NCBI GenBank assembly: GCA_943788935.1
Contig: CALSSE010000001.1
Coordinates: 87,269 to 151,268, forward strand
DNA from: an uncultured bacterium
GTDB lineage: Bacteria; Myxococcota_A; Bradymonadia; UBA7976; VGTA01
Direction: 5' to 3'
DNA length: 64,000 nt
Shown here: one piece after another, positions 38,666 to 48,627 of the stretch
How positions within the stretch are numbered: the first letter of the stretch is position 1
Layout of the letters: every line of letters starts with the position of its first letter
Translations under genes and position numbers: made by a program
The notes under the pieces: generated by a model
What the model was told of the DNA's origin: nothing
The model's input: only the letters and a program-made list of their open reading frames with translations
Databases searched by the model: none

Positions 38666-40133
38666 ATGGGGCATATCAGATGTAATGCACGAGGCTGTGA
38701 GCGAACCCTATGGATCCCAAGAGTAGGACTTGAGGGAGAAGATAGCTCAGCGACCTGCGATAGTTGCAAGCAGGTAGCGCTCTGTGTCGAGCACTTTTCA
38801 GTTCTGTGGAAGCGTGGAGGGCAATGTCCTAAATGTGGCTCCAAAAAGTGGTCATTAAATATCTTTAAGGGCACTCCTTTCTCTCCTATGCTCCAAGCAG
38901 AGTTGATCGCTGAGGGGGGTCACTTAAATATTATAGACGCGAGTCACCCAAGAGATCGTGATCAATATTCCTCTTCTGCGCAGCACAGTCCAGAAGTTAA
39001 ATACAGTGATGATCCCTATCTTAAAGAGCTCGCTGAGAGCAGCAATGATCGCTCCATGGTGACTTTAAAACGTAGCAGCAAAGAGCCAACAGCAGCTCGC
39101 CCCCGACCAGCCTTAGACCCTACTCCACCGCGGCCTCATGAGACTACAGATGACCCCTTTGGGAGTGTCCGGTTCCGAGGAGCTTATGATCAAGACCAGG
39201 TCTCACGCTCTTATGAGGAGCGATTCCAATCAAATGAGCCTTTCTCAGATATAAGGGATGATGCCCCTTGAGAATAGGCTAGCACCTTCCGCCGAGAGGG
39301 TGGCGTCTCATCACCCAAGCGGACCTCTCCGAGAGAGCGAGAGGTCTAGGTGGTGGAATCGCTATAGAGAGAGAGGGACCTCAGCTCATAAGGATGATGG
39401 ATGATGAACCGAATCATCAGACAAATCGAACTTGATGGAGAGATTATCCGTGTTAGTCAGAGCCCCCGTAAACAGCGATTAATCGTGGAGCGGTCTCGTG
39501 ATGGACAGCGAGAAGTTGTTTATTTCAGAGGGGAAAGAGCTGCAAGGGTTTATCACCAACCCCATCGTCGATGACTTTGAAGTCTTTGGGCGCGGAGTTT
39601 TTTAGTGAGACAGGCTTTGTTATTTTCTGTACCTCGTCCCGATGAACGTCTAGACCTTCGTGAAGGTCGATTTAAAAAGAGTAGACAAGTACAAACCCGA
39701 ATCGTCGGTTCGTCGATTAAGTCGGTCCCTTTAGCCCCTTCAATGTTCAATAAAGGACATCTCGTATTCTTCTTTAAGGAGGTCAGCGAGAATCGCTTCT
39801 TAACCTATTTGTCGTCGAATAAGTAATGGCGAAGACATCGTAGTCGGCGGAGAGCTCACTGAGCGTCCTATTATGCAGTCTGCGAGTAGAGACTCTATGA
39901 CGCTGGCATGGATCACTCACACCGGTGACGTATGGGTCAGCAGTGGTAGCAAGCACCCCTCACAACGTGTCAGTCAAACCGGCTCGAGTTTATTGGCGAT
40001 CTCTGCTGACGGTAGGCAGGTCGCGTGGGTAGGTGAGACCGAGTTTTTTACTTATGATGTCGAGGCGTATCGAATAGAGCGTTGGGAACTACCTGCCGGG
40101 TTATTAGCGATCGGCTGGCGAGGAACCTTTTAA
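38666..40133 (+). pseudogene. Zn-finger + linker + TolB-like beta-propeller protein fragmented by about 7 +1 frameshifts
   Basis: ORF-track fragments 38612-39271, 39605-39826 and 39873-40133 join into one 486-aa frame when one base is removed from each of seven short homopolymers. Confidence 0.7.
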
Positions 40134-40265
40134 GTCATCGTCCATATGATCTACCTAAAAATGACAGAGAGTACTTAAACCTATTTCCTACCCTTGAGCG
40201 TAATACCTCAATGTGTGACTTGGGTGATCAACATCACCTTCTCGGGATATACAAAAGGTTAGCTT

Positions 40266-40937
40266 ATGTTCCTACAATGTATGTTGATGGCTCTCTTCTC
40301 ACGACGCCGACAAACCTCGCTAGACTCGATGAGCGATGAAGAGTTGATAGGCGCTTATAATGGTGGGCGGGCAGATGCCTTTGCGATGCTCGTTAATCGG
40401 TTCGAGAGGCCGCTCTTCTTTTATATATTGAAGCGTGTTCATCAAGAAGAAGCCGCCCGAGATATTCTTCAAGACACATTTATGAAACTTACCCAGCACG
40501 CGCATCGTTATGAGGCGGGCTCTCCTCTCTCGGCTTGGCTGTACACCATCGCTCGTAACCGCTCTATAGATTACTTACGTAAGCGCAAACATCGTGAGGT
40601 GAGTTTAGACGCTCCACTAGGCGGGAGCGATGACTACAGCTTTCATCAGGTATTAAAAGATCAGTCTCCAAGCGCCTATGAGCGAACAGCGGGTAAGGAG
40701 TTTACTGAACGCTTAGATGGTGCCTTAAGAGAGATTAACCCTGATCAAAGAGAGATCTTTATCCTCCGTGAGTTACACGGTCTTAAGTTTATCGAGATCG
40801 CTGACGCGTTAAAGATTTCGGAGAACACTGTAAAAAGCAGAATGAGATATGCCTTAGAGGCATTACGGAGGGAGCTCTCTGACTTTATGCCTTCTGTCCC
40901 TGAGACGCTTCAATCAGTGAAGGAGGAGTCAAGATGA
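40266..40937 (+). CDS. ECF-family RNA polymerase sigma-70 factor
   Basis: Region 2 (AARDILQDTFMKL...AWLYTIARNRSID.LRK) and region 4 (QREIFILRELHGLKFIEIA..L..SENTVKSRMRYA). Confidence 0.95.
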   Translation: MFLQCMLMALFSRRRQTSLDSMSDEELIGAYNGGRADAFAMLVNRFERPLFFYILKRVHQEEAARDILQDTFMKLTQHAHRYEAGSPLSAWLYTIARNRSIDYLRKRKHREVSLDAPLGGSDDYSFHQVLKDQSPSAYERTAGKEFTERLDGALREINPDQREIFILRELHGLKFIEIADALKISENTVKSRMRYALEALRRELSDFMPSVPETLQSVKEESR

Positions 40938-42469
40938 GAGATGATTCCAAGACTGACATAACAAACGACCCCATACAGGCTTCTGCGGAAGAGTCACTGA
41001 TCAAAGATGAGTCTTGGGCCTTGATGGTCTCCCTCTATGGAGAAGAGTTCTCTCCGGAGGAGAGGGCGGAGGCCGTATTCATTCTTCAGTCTCCTAGCGC
41101 CATAGAGTGGCGTGAGTTTGGTGGAAACCTCGAAGGTTTGCGCGTCAAAGATGAGTTAAATACGAGTGAAGTGACAGGCCCTATAGGTTTATCAGACCAC
41201 GCCCGAGAGAACATCATGAAGATGGCGACCAATGTAGCTGAACGTCACTCGTCCTCATCGGAAGAGATGTTGACGCATCAGCTCACGACCAAACCTAGTC
41301 ATCTCATAGATTGGTTCTATCGTTATAGTAAAGTGCTGATATTCGTGAGCTCGATCAGCCTGTCCTTCATAAGTCTGTGGGAGTACCGTGAGAGTATCAC
41401 CCAAGAGCCGACTCTTAACTCACCGAAAGTGTTGAGCAGACCCTCTTCGTTTTTGGCTAAAAAGACGCTGAGTAGTGATCTTTCAGCCGATACCGCTGAT
41501 ACTGCTGAGACTGATGCTATCGCTGCTGAACCCCAAACTTCCAAAAACAAGACTGAGATCTCTCTCTTTACAGACAAGGAAGAGATAGAAGAAGAGATAG
41601 ACAAAGAGCAAACAGTTATGGCTCTTCCCTCAGTAAGACGAACAAATAAACGAACAAATGAACGAAGAGTGAGTAGAAAGAGCAGTAGAAAGAGCAGTAG
41701 AAAGAGCAGTAGAGAGAGCAGTAGAAAGAGCAGTAGAAAGAGCAGTAGAAAGAGCAGTAGAAAGAGCAGTAGAGAGAGTAAAGCTCCATCAGCGAAGCGG
41801 GCCCCCGTGCGTTCAGAAAGTCCTTCAAAGACAGCGACTCGCCTATTGAAAGGGGGACGAGGATCAGCGGGTGAGGGTAAGACGACAGGCTCAAGCTCAA
41901 CAGGCTCAAGATCAAAGAAAGCCAAAAGTACAGCTAAGGCGAGGGCTAAGCAGAGAGCGGTCATACCAAAAAGAGCATCAAGAGCCTCGAGGTCTTCTAG
42001 GAGGATCCAAGAAGGTCTTGTAAGTGAGAGAGCTGCGCCACCCTCTTCTGCCTCACAACGAGATGATCGTCCGATGAACAGGCCTTACCCCCCAAGCGAG
42101 ATCGATGATAAAGAGCTTACAGAAGGGTCGACCGATGATGTCGATAGAGCAGAGCCTGTCGGTCCGCCTCCACCTTGGAGCGATACCTTGGCTCTTTGGG
42201 GACGTGGAGAACAAGCGGCTGCCCTTGACCAGTTGATGGCTTGGGTTGAGCGAAATCCATATCATCGTCAGCGAAGAGTCGCCATCAGACTTGGCCAAAG
42301 TTGGGCGAGGGTACTCAAAGACCAAAAGGCCTTGGAGCGTTTAGAGACGATGACCGCTCAAGAGGAGGTCCGCCCACAGAGGAGACGATCAAAGCGAGCA
42401 GCAGACCAACAGAACTATATGAGCCCCTCTTCGCCAAAGATAGAGCCCTCTAAGTCTCGATCCTTCTGA
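40934..42469 (+). CDS. Putative anti-sigma factor (cytoplasmic ASD-like N-terminus, TM helix, basic low-complexity region, TPR-like C-terminus)
   Basis: ATGA-coupled to the ECF sigma gene. LYGEEFSPEERAE resembles an ASD helix; one TM helix (VLIFVSSISLSFISLW). Confidence 0.65.
   Translation: MRDDSKTDITNDPIQASAEESLIKDESWALMVSLYGEEFSPEERAEAVFILQSPSAIEWREFGGNLEGLRVKDELNTSEVTGPIGLSDHARENIMKMATNVAERHSSSSEEMLTHQLTTKPSHLIDWFYRYSKVLIFVSSISLSFISLWEYRESITQEPTLNSPKVLSRPSSFLAKKTLSSDLSADTADTAETDAIAAEPQTSKNKTEISLFTDKEEIEEEIDKEQTVMALPSVRRTNKRTNERRVSRKSSRKSSRKSSRESSRKSSRKSSRKSSRKSSRESKAPSAKRAPVRSESPSKTATRLLKGGRGSAGEGKTTGSSSTGSRSKKAKSTAKARAKQRAVIPKRASRASRSSRRIQEGLVSERAAPPSSASQRDDRPMNRPYPPSEIDDKELTEGSTDDVDRAEPVGPPPPWSDTLALWGRGEQAAALDQLMAWVERNPYHRQRRVAIRLGQSWARVLKDQKALERLETMTAQEEVRPQRRRSKRAADQQNYMSPSSPKIEPSKSRSF
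41672..41779. repeat. Coding 12-bp tandem repeat x9 (AGTAGAAAGAGC) encoding (SRKS)n
   Basis: Nine units counted, two with an AAG to GAG change. Confidence 0.95.
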
Positions 42470-42530
42470 GCACCCTCTGAGCAGTGGCTGAGATCTAGTT
42501 AAGATCCAGCAAAGATCTAGTAAAGAAAAC

Positions 42531-45128
42531 TCAAGGCGCACAATCAATGGTTAAGAGTTCAAGGGCTCCGGCGATGAGGACTAAGAGGTTCGGCCGATCC
42601 CCCGCTTGGTCATCATAAGCCGCATAATGAGCGCCACCAAAGCTATCCCGAGATACCTGTTCTCTGATCAATTCTCCTAAGAGGACGCCTGAGTCACTCA
42701 GTGAGTGCGCCCGGACGTTAATTCTTTGCAAGAAGCTGTCTTGTACCTCAGTGGGATCCTCGGTAAGCCCGACTGTGATCGCCAAGGATTCATGAACTGA
42801 GAGGCTCGCCCAGAGAGGCCACCGATGACCACCGATGGCAGTCCAGCCTACCCTCTCAACCCACACTTCTACGGTGGAGTGATCGACGATTCGGCTCAGC
42901 AATCCTACTCCTTCATTCGGTAACTGAATGGGGAGCTGTCGATCGAGAGCGGTGAGGTCACCAAGGGCGTTTGGTAGAAAGAGTTGGTCATCTTCGCCGA
43001 GGCTAACCTGCTCTAGATCATCGCGCCATAGACTGAGTTGATGACTCTCACCGATAGAGACCAGCCAATAGCTTTCTCCTAGAGTCTCAGTGCCCGTATG
43101 CCAACGGGTGATCCACCGTAGCTCCCCTTCTTCTGGAAATACTTCTTCAGTCGGCTCCTCTGTACTCGTGGTGAAGAGTTTAGAGAAGCCCTGACAATAG
43201 ACTCGAGTATGGTGCTCAGCGTTTAGAACAGTGATCGCCAATGGTGTACAAGGGAGTGGGGTCTGCGACCATGATCCGCTGACCTGCCTGTTTTGTAGTA
43301 GTATAGGCTCACCTGCCTCATTCTCAGCCGCGATAGAAACTAAAGATAGATAATTAGAGAAGTGAGTTAGGCGACTCACTCCGCTCCATTGAGCTCTGAG
43401 CGTGGCTTCTCCACCATTCGTCGAGAATGAGAATAAGCGACCGATCCCTTGGGAAGAGAGCGCGATTAAGGCTCCTAGTTCACTATCACCAGTAAACCAA
43501 GTGAGTTGGGGAAAGAGAACATCGCTGAGTCGGCTAGTCTCTGGGACTCCTACAGGGCAACATCTTTGATTTCTCAGCTCCCCATCACAGTCATGGTCAA
43601 CCTCATCACATCTCTCTGCTGATACGATACAGAGCTCATCATCATGGGCAGTGCTTGGTAACTCGAAGGGAGTCCATTGATCAACGGTGATCTCTCGTAG
43701 CTGTAACTCACTAGCGATTTCATCCCACACTAACAGAGACGGGGTCGCGCTTCGAAGTCGGATCGCAGCGAAGATCAATTGGGGACTCTCGGTAAGAGAA
43801 CGAACCACCCCAAAGCGAGTGAGGAGGCTGAGGTTTTGATCATCTTCGACTAACGCCTGTGGGTTATAGGTTTTACTCAACCATCGTTGTACTGAACCTG
43901 CTTGTAAATGGATCGCCTCTGCCGCTGATATGAGCTGAGGGCTTTCAACTTCAGGAGCGATTAACTCGCTCAAGTCGATCGCGTTAGCGATTAGCGGAGG
44001 CTCACTCTTCCCGGGAGTGCCCGACCAAACCCATACTCCACGACCTTGGGGAGTGTTATCTACTGCCCGCGGTAATGGACCAAACAGGGTCACACTAAAG
44101 TTATCGCCTAGGGTAACGCTATCTTGATCGCTATGACATCTCCAAGATCGCTGTATCCCTTCTCGCTCTGTGAGTACGAAGCACTGACCATGGGGCGCGC
44201 TCAGTACCCATGCCCCTAAACCACGAGAGAGACTCGATGGCGCTGGTATACCTACTTTATCAACTTGTAAAGCGCCCCATGCTCCCGATTGTTTAAACCT
44301 CCAAGCGGTCGCTCCGACCTCTCGAGATGTGATCACTTGAGGGTTTTCAAGCTCCTCTTGATCATCAACATCTTCATCTGTAGAGACTGGCGGAATCCAT
44401 TCTCGGCCCATTATTAATGATCCATCCTCCCCGTCGCCGACAATAAGGTCTCCGCTGATTCCCAAGGGAGTAGGAGAGACCAGTTCTCCTTGTAGTGGGT
44501 AACTTAGCGCCTCTGAGCTCTCTGAGCTAATGATGAGGGAGGGAGACAGAGGATCAACGATGTGGAGGTTAATCTTTTGTGACCGATAGTCTTCGGGAAG
44601 CTCAAACCACTCTTCTATGTCCAAGGCGATGGTTAAGTCACTGTCTTCATCACCACTCGGTCTCTCAAGGGTGCTGAGTCGGAGCTGGGCACGGTAAATG
44701 GTATCTACAGAGCGCCAAGCCACATAGACTTGATCTCTGGTCTCTAGAAAAGCTCGCTCGTCAATATTAGGTGACGGGAAAGTGACATCCTCTATCCCAC
44801 CCATATCGGTTATGATGGCCTCTCCTCCAACATTCATATCAGAGATGACCTCTCCGGCGGTCTCTCCGGCGGTCTCTCCAGCGGTCTCTCCAGCGGTCTC
44901 GCCCATGTCGGTAGGTGAGTGATGATCTCCTCCTTCAGGCGCACCTCTATCCCTAAGGGCGGTGACTCTCTGCTCAGCCCGCTCACACGCAGGCAGTGGT
45001 AGAGCAAGTATTAACATTGCAAAGCCTGCGCAGCGATAAAGTCCAATGGGGACGGTAGAGTTTCTCTCTACAGGTGTCTGTCTCGTCTGACTCTGCATTA
45101 TGGGGCTCCTCCTCTTATCTCTCCCCAC
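42531..45128 (-). CDS. Large lipoprotein with (AGET)n linker and one MopE-like Cys motif
   Basis: Lipobox PLPAC, ERCDEVDHDCDG motif, beta-rich body. Confidence 0.6.
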   Translation of the reverse strand: MGRDKRRSPIMQSQTRQTPVERNSTVPIGLYRCAGFAMLILALPLPACERAEQRVTALRDRGAPEGGDHHSPTDMGETAGETAGETAGETAGEVISDMNVGGEAIITDMGGIEDVTFPSPNIDERAFLETRDQVYVAWRSVDTIYRAQLRLSTLERPSGDEDSDLTIALDIEEWFELPEDYRSQKINLHIVDPLSPSLIISSESSEALSYPLQGELVSPTPLGISGDLIVGDGEDGSLIMGREWIPPVSTDEDVDDQEELENPQVITSREVGATAWRFKQSGAWGALQVDKVGIPAPSSLSRGLGAWVLSAPHGQCFVLTEREGIQRSWRCHSDQDSVTLGDNFSVTLFGPLPRAVDNTPQGRGVWVWSGTPGKSEPPLIANAIDLSELIAPEVESPQLISAAEAIHLQAGSVQRWLSKTYNPQALVEDDQNLSLLTRFGVVRSLTESPQLIFAAIRLRSATPSLLVWDEIASELQLREITVDQWTPFELPSTAHDDELCIVSAERCDEVDHDCDGELRNQRCCPVGVPETSRLSDVLFPQLTWFTGDSELGALIALSSQGIGRLFSFSTNGGEATLRAQWSGVSRLTHFSNYLSLVSIAAENEAGEPILLQNRQVSGSWSQTPLPCTPLAITVLNAEHHTRVYCQGFSKLFTTSTEEPTEEVFPEEGELRWITRWHTGTETLGESYWLVSIGESHQLSLWRDDLEQVSLGEDDQLFLPNALGDLTALDRQLPIQLPNEGVGLLSRIVDHSTVEVWVERVGWTAIGGHRWPLWASLSVHESLAITVGLTEDPTEVQDSFLQRINVRAHSLSDSGVLLGELIREQVSRDSFGGAHYAAYDDQAGDRPNLLVLIAGALELLTIDCAP
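44851..44898. repeat. Coding 12-bp tandem repeat x4 encoding (AGET)n on the minus strand
   Basis: TCTCCGGCGGTC/TCTCCAGCGGTC units. Confidence 0.9.
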
Positions 45129-45172
45129 CAGTGAGGAAGGTAAACATGCTCGATATCTTTAGTCATTTAAGG

Positions 45173-45199
45173 GTATCATTTGACCTTCGTATCATTTGA
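45173..45199. promoter_or_regulatory. Direct repeat GTATCATTTGA x2 (16-bp period) in a divergent promoter region
   Basis: Copies at 45173-45183 and 45189-45199. A regulatory role is inferred only. Confidence 0.3.
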
Positions 45200-45280
45200 A
45201 CTCTATATCAATGCCTCTGTATAGCTTGATCTACTCTGCAGATCAAAACAGAACCTATAGCTCAAATGTGATCATAGAAT

Positions 45281-45796
45281 ATGACTCAACAACAAGACCA
45301 GAGTGAACTCGACGATGTAGATCAAGGCCTCTACACTCAAGCTCAGCTCACTGAACTGATGGAACAGTTGATCCCCTTCAACGCCCACCTCGGAGTGAAA
45401 GTTTATCACTTTACGCGGGGTGATGTGACATTATTGCTCGAGCCAAGATCATCCTTTACAGGTGATCCGCTCCGACCAGCGCTTCATGGGGGTCTAGTGG
45501 CGACCTTGGCTGATACCGCGGCGGGCATGGCTGTCTTCAGCCTGCTACGCAAACCCTCCACGACGAGCACTATTAACCTTAAGATAGATTATCTGAGACC
45601 GGGAAAGGTCGACGCGCCACTATATGCCGAATCCAAAGTGATTCGGAAGGGGAGCAGAGTATGTTTTACCCAAACATCGCTCTATCAAAGAGACTCTCAG
45701 CAGCCGATCGCTATCTCTTCGGCGACATATAGTGTTGTCGAAGAGATAGATCTGCCCATCAAAGAATCATTAGATGAAGGCTCGAAAGAAGCCTAG
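45281..45796 (+). CDS. PaaI family (hotdog-fold) thioesterase
   Basis: PFNAHLG, LHGGLVATLADTAAG, TINLKIDYLRPG. Confidence 0.9.
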   Translation: MTQQQDQSELDDVDQGLYTQAQLTELMEQLIPFNAHLGVKVYHFTRGDVTLLLEPRSSFTGDPLRPALHGGLVATLADTAAGMAVFSLLRKPSTTSTINLKIDYLRPGKVDAPLYAESKVIRKGSRVCFTQTSLYQRDSQQPIAISSATYSVVEEIDLPIKESLDEGSKEA

Positions 45797-45862
45797 TGAT
45801 GAGCTTGCAAATATGGCACTTCAATGTAGGATGAGCTCACACTCACAATAAGGAGGATCAAT

Positions 45863-47419
45863 TTGTGGTCTCTATTACTCAGTTTATCACTCCTCGCGTT
45901 AAGCCCAACGCCGACTCTTTGGCAGTTTGATGGCCAGCTTGCCTCTCAAGCTCAGCAGTGGATTCAGCGCCAATATGGTGGAACGCTCACCGATCACCTC
46001 CTCGATGAAGCCTCTCTTAAAGCTCATCTTGAGTCTATAAGTCCGGCGACTCTCAAGAATGGAGACCCTCTCCTTCAAGGTTGCCTGCGGGCGGTCATTA
46101 GCTCAGAGCAGGCCGGCTGTCAGCTCGATGAGCTCCTCCTAAGAGAGGCGCAGCTTGCAGGAAAGGTTTATCTCAATGCATCGGTAAAGGGAGCGGAGTT
46201 TCAAATGACCTTAGTGATTGATAGACCTGGGGAAGAGCCCCAAGTGTTTCAGTCCACAGGGTCAGCATTGAAGACTGCAGGAAGAGGAGTCATCGAGAGA
46301 GCTTTCGGCATGGGAACTCTCACCCTCAGTGGTATTCCGGAAGAGGCCAAAGTCTTAGTGGACGGTGTTGAGATAGGTCGAGGGCCAGGGAGCTATGTCG
46401 TCACTGCAGAGCGACACCAACTCAAGGTGACCGCTACCGACTATCAAGAATATATAATGGCATTTGACTTGAAAGCGGGTCAGTTGATGAGTCAAGAGCT
46501 TACCCTGCTTAGCTCTCTTGCCACCCTAGATGTCAAAGTACTTCACAAAGAAGATCTTGAAGGATTAACGATCTTGATAGATGACAAAGAGCTAACGTCT
46601 GATGAGCGCAATGCACTGTATGAGCTGCCACCGGGCAAACATCGATACCGAATCAGCGCTGTTGACCGGCAGTCGGTTGAGCGAGATTTTGAGCTCAAGC
46701 CTGGTGAAGCAGGAAAGTTGGTCGTCAATCTCCAATATGACCGAGCACCATGGAAGATCGCTCTCAAGCGACCACATCCTGATACCGAGTATGGCCGACA
46801 ACAAATCGCTCTTCGTCTTCAGTCACAGACGCTGCGTTCTGGCGCATGGGAGGCTGATGTCAGCGACTATTCAGGTAACCCTGCCCCCAGCTCCTTACAG
46901 TCTCAGACGCAGAGCATGAATGGCTTTGGCTTTGACTTGAGCTTTGATTGGTTAATCTCCCCCGAGATGGGTGTCGGTCCCATGCGCTTAAACCCTATCG
47001 GGTATGGCTTTGAATATTTCGGAGAGTCCGAAGCGGGAGAAGAGCGATCTCTAGATAACCGTTCGGTCACCTCAGTGGGGAAGAGATATACGCTTAAGTC
47101 ATTAGCGCGCCATAAGACTCGTCTGTTGTGGGTTGGATATCAACTCCCTATGTGGCGAGTGGTCCCTTATGCCCAAGCGGGTCTATTATGGGTCTATGAG
47201 CGTGGAGAAATTGAGCGATCAACTTCGGTCGACAGCGGTATAGTTAGCGCTCATAGTCTTCGATTAGGGTGGGAACTAGGAGTGGATGTTCGCTTGAGTC
47301 CTGAGTGGGTGATTAAGGCCTCAATGATGAGTGATGTGTGGCCAGGAGAGCGAAGCGCGATTCAGACATTGATCGGCGGCGCCTATGCCTTTGACGCTTT
47401 GCACTCTCCCCTGCTATAG
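45863..47419 (+). CDS. PEGA-domain protein with C-terminal beta-barrel-like region
   Basis: Signal peptide, two PEGA-like repeats (A.V.VDG..IG; L.IDD...ELPPGKHR), amphipathic C-terminal strands. Confidence 0.75.
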   Translation: MWSLLLSLSLLALSPTPTLWQFDGQLASQAQQWIQRQYGGTLTDHLLDEASLKAHLESISPATLKNGDPLLQGCLRAVISSEQAGCQLDELLLREAQLAGKVYLNASVKGAEFQMTLVIDRPGEEPQVFQSTGSALKTAGRGVIERAFGMGTLTLSGIPEEAKVLVDGVEIGRGPGSYVVTAERHQLKVTATDYQEYIMAFDLKAGQLMSQELTLLSSLATLDVKVLHKEDLEGLTILIDDKELTSDERNALYELPPGKHRYRISAVDRQSVERDFELKPGEAGKLVVNLQYDRAPWKIALKRPHPDTEYGRQQIALRLQSQTLRSGAWEADVSDYSGNPAPSSLQSQTQSMNGFGFDLSFDWLISPEMGVGPMRLNPIGYGFEYFGESEAGEERSLDNRSVTSVGKRYTLKSLARHKTRLLWVGYQLPMWRVVPYAQAGLLWVYERGEIERSTSVDSGIVSAHSLRLGWELGVDVRLSPEWVIKASMMSDVWPGERSAIQTLIGGAYAFDALHSPLL

Positions 47420-47448
47420 ACTGTTCCCTTGCTGAGAGGATAATAATT

Positions 47449-48627
47449 ATGAGACTCCCTAAAATCGCTCGCACACTCTTAGTAGGATTAACTTTCTCTC
47501 AATGCTTCCTCGGAGGTTTTGAGGCAAGACTGGTGACTGAGAGAGTTCTTGTGCTTAGTCATGTGCAACAAGGGCTAGCAAAGAAAACAGGTAAGAAAAA
47601 GCAGTCGTCAGAGAAGCCTCGTCGAGACTTTGAGTCTTGGCGGGCAGAAGGGAAACGACATTATAAAGATCGTGACTACACCTCTGCCCAGCGAACATTT
47701 ATCAAACTAGTACAGCATAATTCGACTCACTACTCTGATTACTTACTGCTAGCGCGCAGCGCTAATCGTGCTGAGGACTACCTTATCTCCTCGGTTGCTT
47801 ATCAAATTTATTTTGAGTCGAAGACTGGTCGTCTTGATCGACAGGCCAAGGCAGAGCATGAAGAGGTGAGACGGCACTTAAGCGGCGGTGTTGACAAAAG
47901 AAAGCGTAAGGCACACAAAGCGCGGGTCAATGAAGTGCTCTTACTGATCAAGAAGGGGGAGATCTTTGGAAAACGGGGAGCGCTTATCGCTCTGTCCGAT
48001 ATCCACCGAGAGCGAATCTTTGATCCCCTTCTTCAAAGAGCCCATAAAAAAATAGCTCAGCGACTCTTAGGCGACAGAGAGAAGAGACTTAAGAGCGCGC
48101 TCTTAGGTGACTCCGCTGACAAGATGTCTCTTGATGAATATGCTAAGGGAGTGCAACGTTGGGGGAGGTCATCATGGGGAGATATAGAGGTCGCCAACCA
48201 AGAGATATTGGCTTTAGAGGCTTTCTCAATGGTCAACCGTTCACCCAAAGAGGCGCTCAAAGCGCTAGAAAAACTCGTTAAAGCGAACTATAAGGTCTCT
48301 CCCGAGCTTTTACGGAGCGCACAATTCTTAGTGATCTCAAAGCTCAATCGTCATGAAGAGGTCTATCTTATGACAGATGGGCTGATAGGTTCGCTTGAGG
48401 GAAGACTTTATGGGGAGAGTGGATCTCAGCTAGAGTTGGAGCGTCTTCGAGTGCTGAGAGCGATTAAGGGTGTTTATGGACGAGCGCTGAAGAAAGAAGA
48501 AGCCAACGAGTCTCTGACTCAAGCACTTCTCACCACTCCCTCCAAGATTAAGGCTCTGCTCAAGCGAGAAGCGTCGCGAGGCAGAATGCTCCCTAAAGTA
48601 CCGCCTGCTCAAGATTCACAGCAGTGA
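47449..48627 (+). CDS. TPR-like secreted protein
   Basis: Signal peptide, TPR-like helices (EGKRHYKDRDYTSAQRTF, YLLLARSA). Confidence 0.55.
   Translation: MRLPKIARTLLVGLTFSQCFLGGFEARLVTERVLVLSHVQQGLAKKTGKKKQSSEKPRRDFESWRAEGKRHYKDRDYTSAQRTFIKLVQHNSTHYSDYLLLARSANRAEDYLISSVAYQIYFESKTGRLDRQAKAEHEEVRRHLSGGVDKRKRKAHKARVNEVLLLIKKGEIFGKRGALIALSDIHRERIFDPLLQRAHKKIAQRLLGDREKRLKSALLGDSADKMSLDEYAKGVQRWGRSSWGDIEVANQEILALEAFSMVNRSPKEALKALEKLVKANYKVSPELLRSAQFLVISKLNRHEEVYLMTDGLIGSLEGRLYGESGSQLELERLRVLRAIKGVYGRALKKEEANESLTQALLTTPSKIKALLKREASRGRMLPKVPPAQDSQQ

Noticed and set aside
40122-40155. Autoregulatory ECF promoter (GGAACC)
   Set aside because: No plausible -10 element at a 16-17-bp spacing.
41323-41964. 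Leu-rich (LLFL)n and Cys-rich (CSFY)n antisense ORFs
   Set aside because: Shadows of the (SRKS)9 repeat in the anti-sigma gene.
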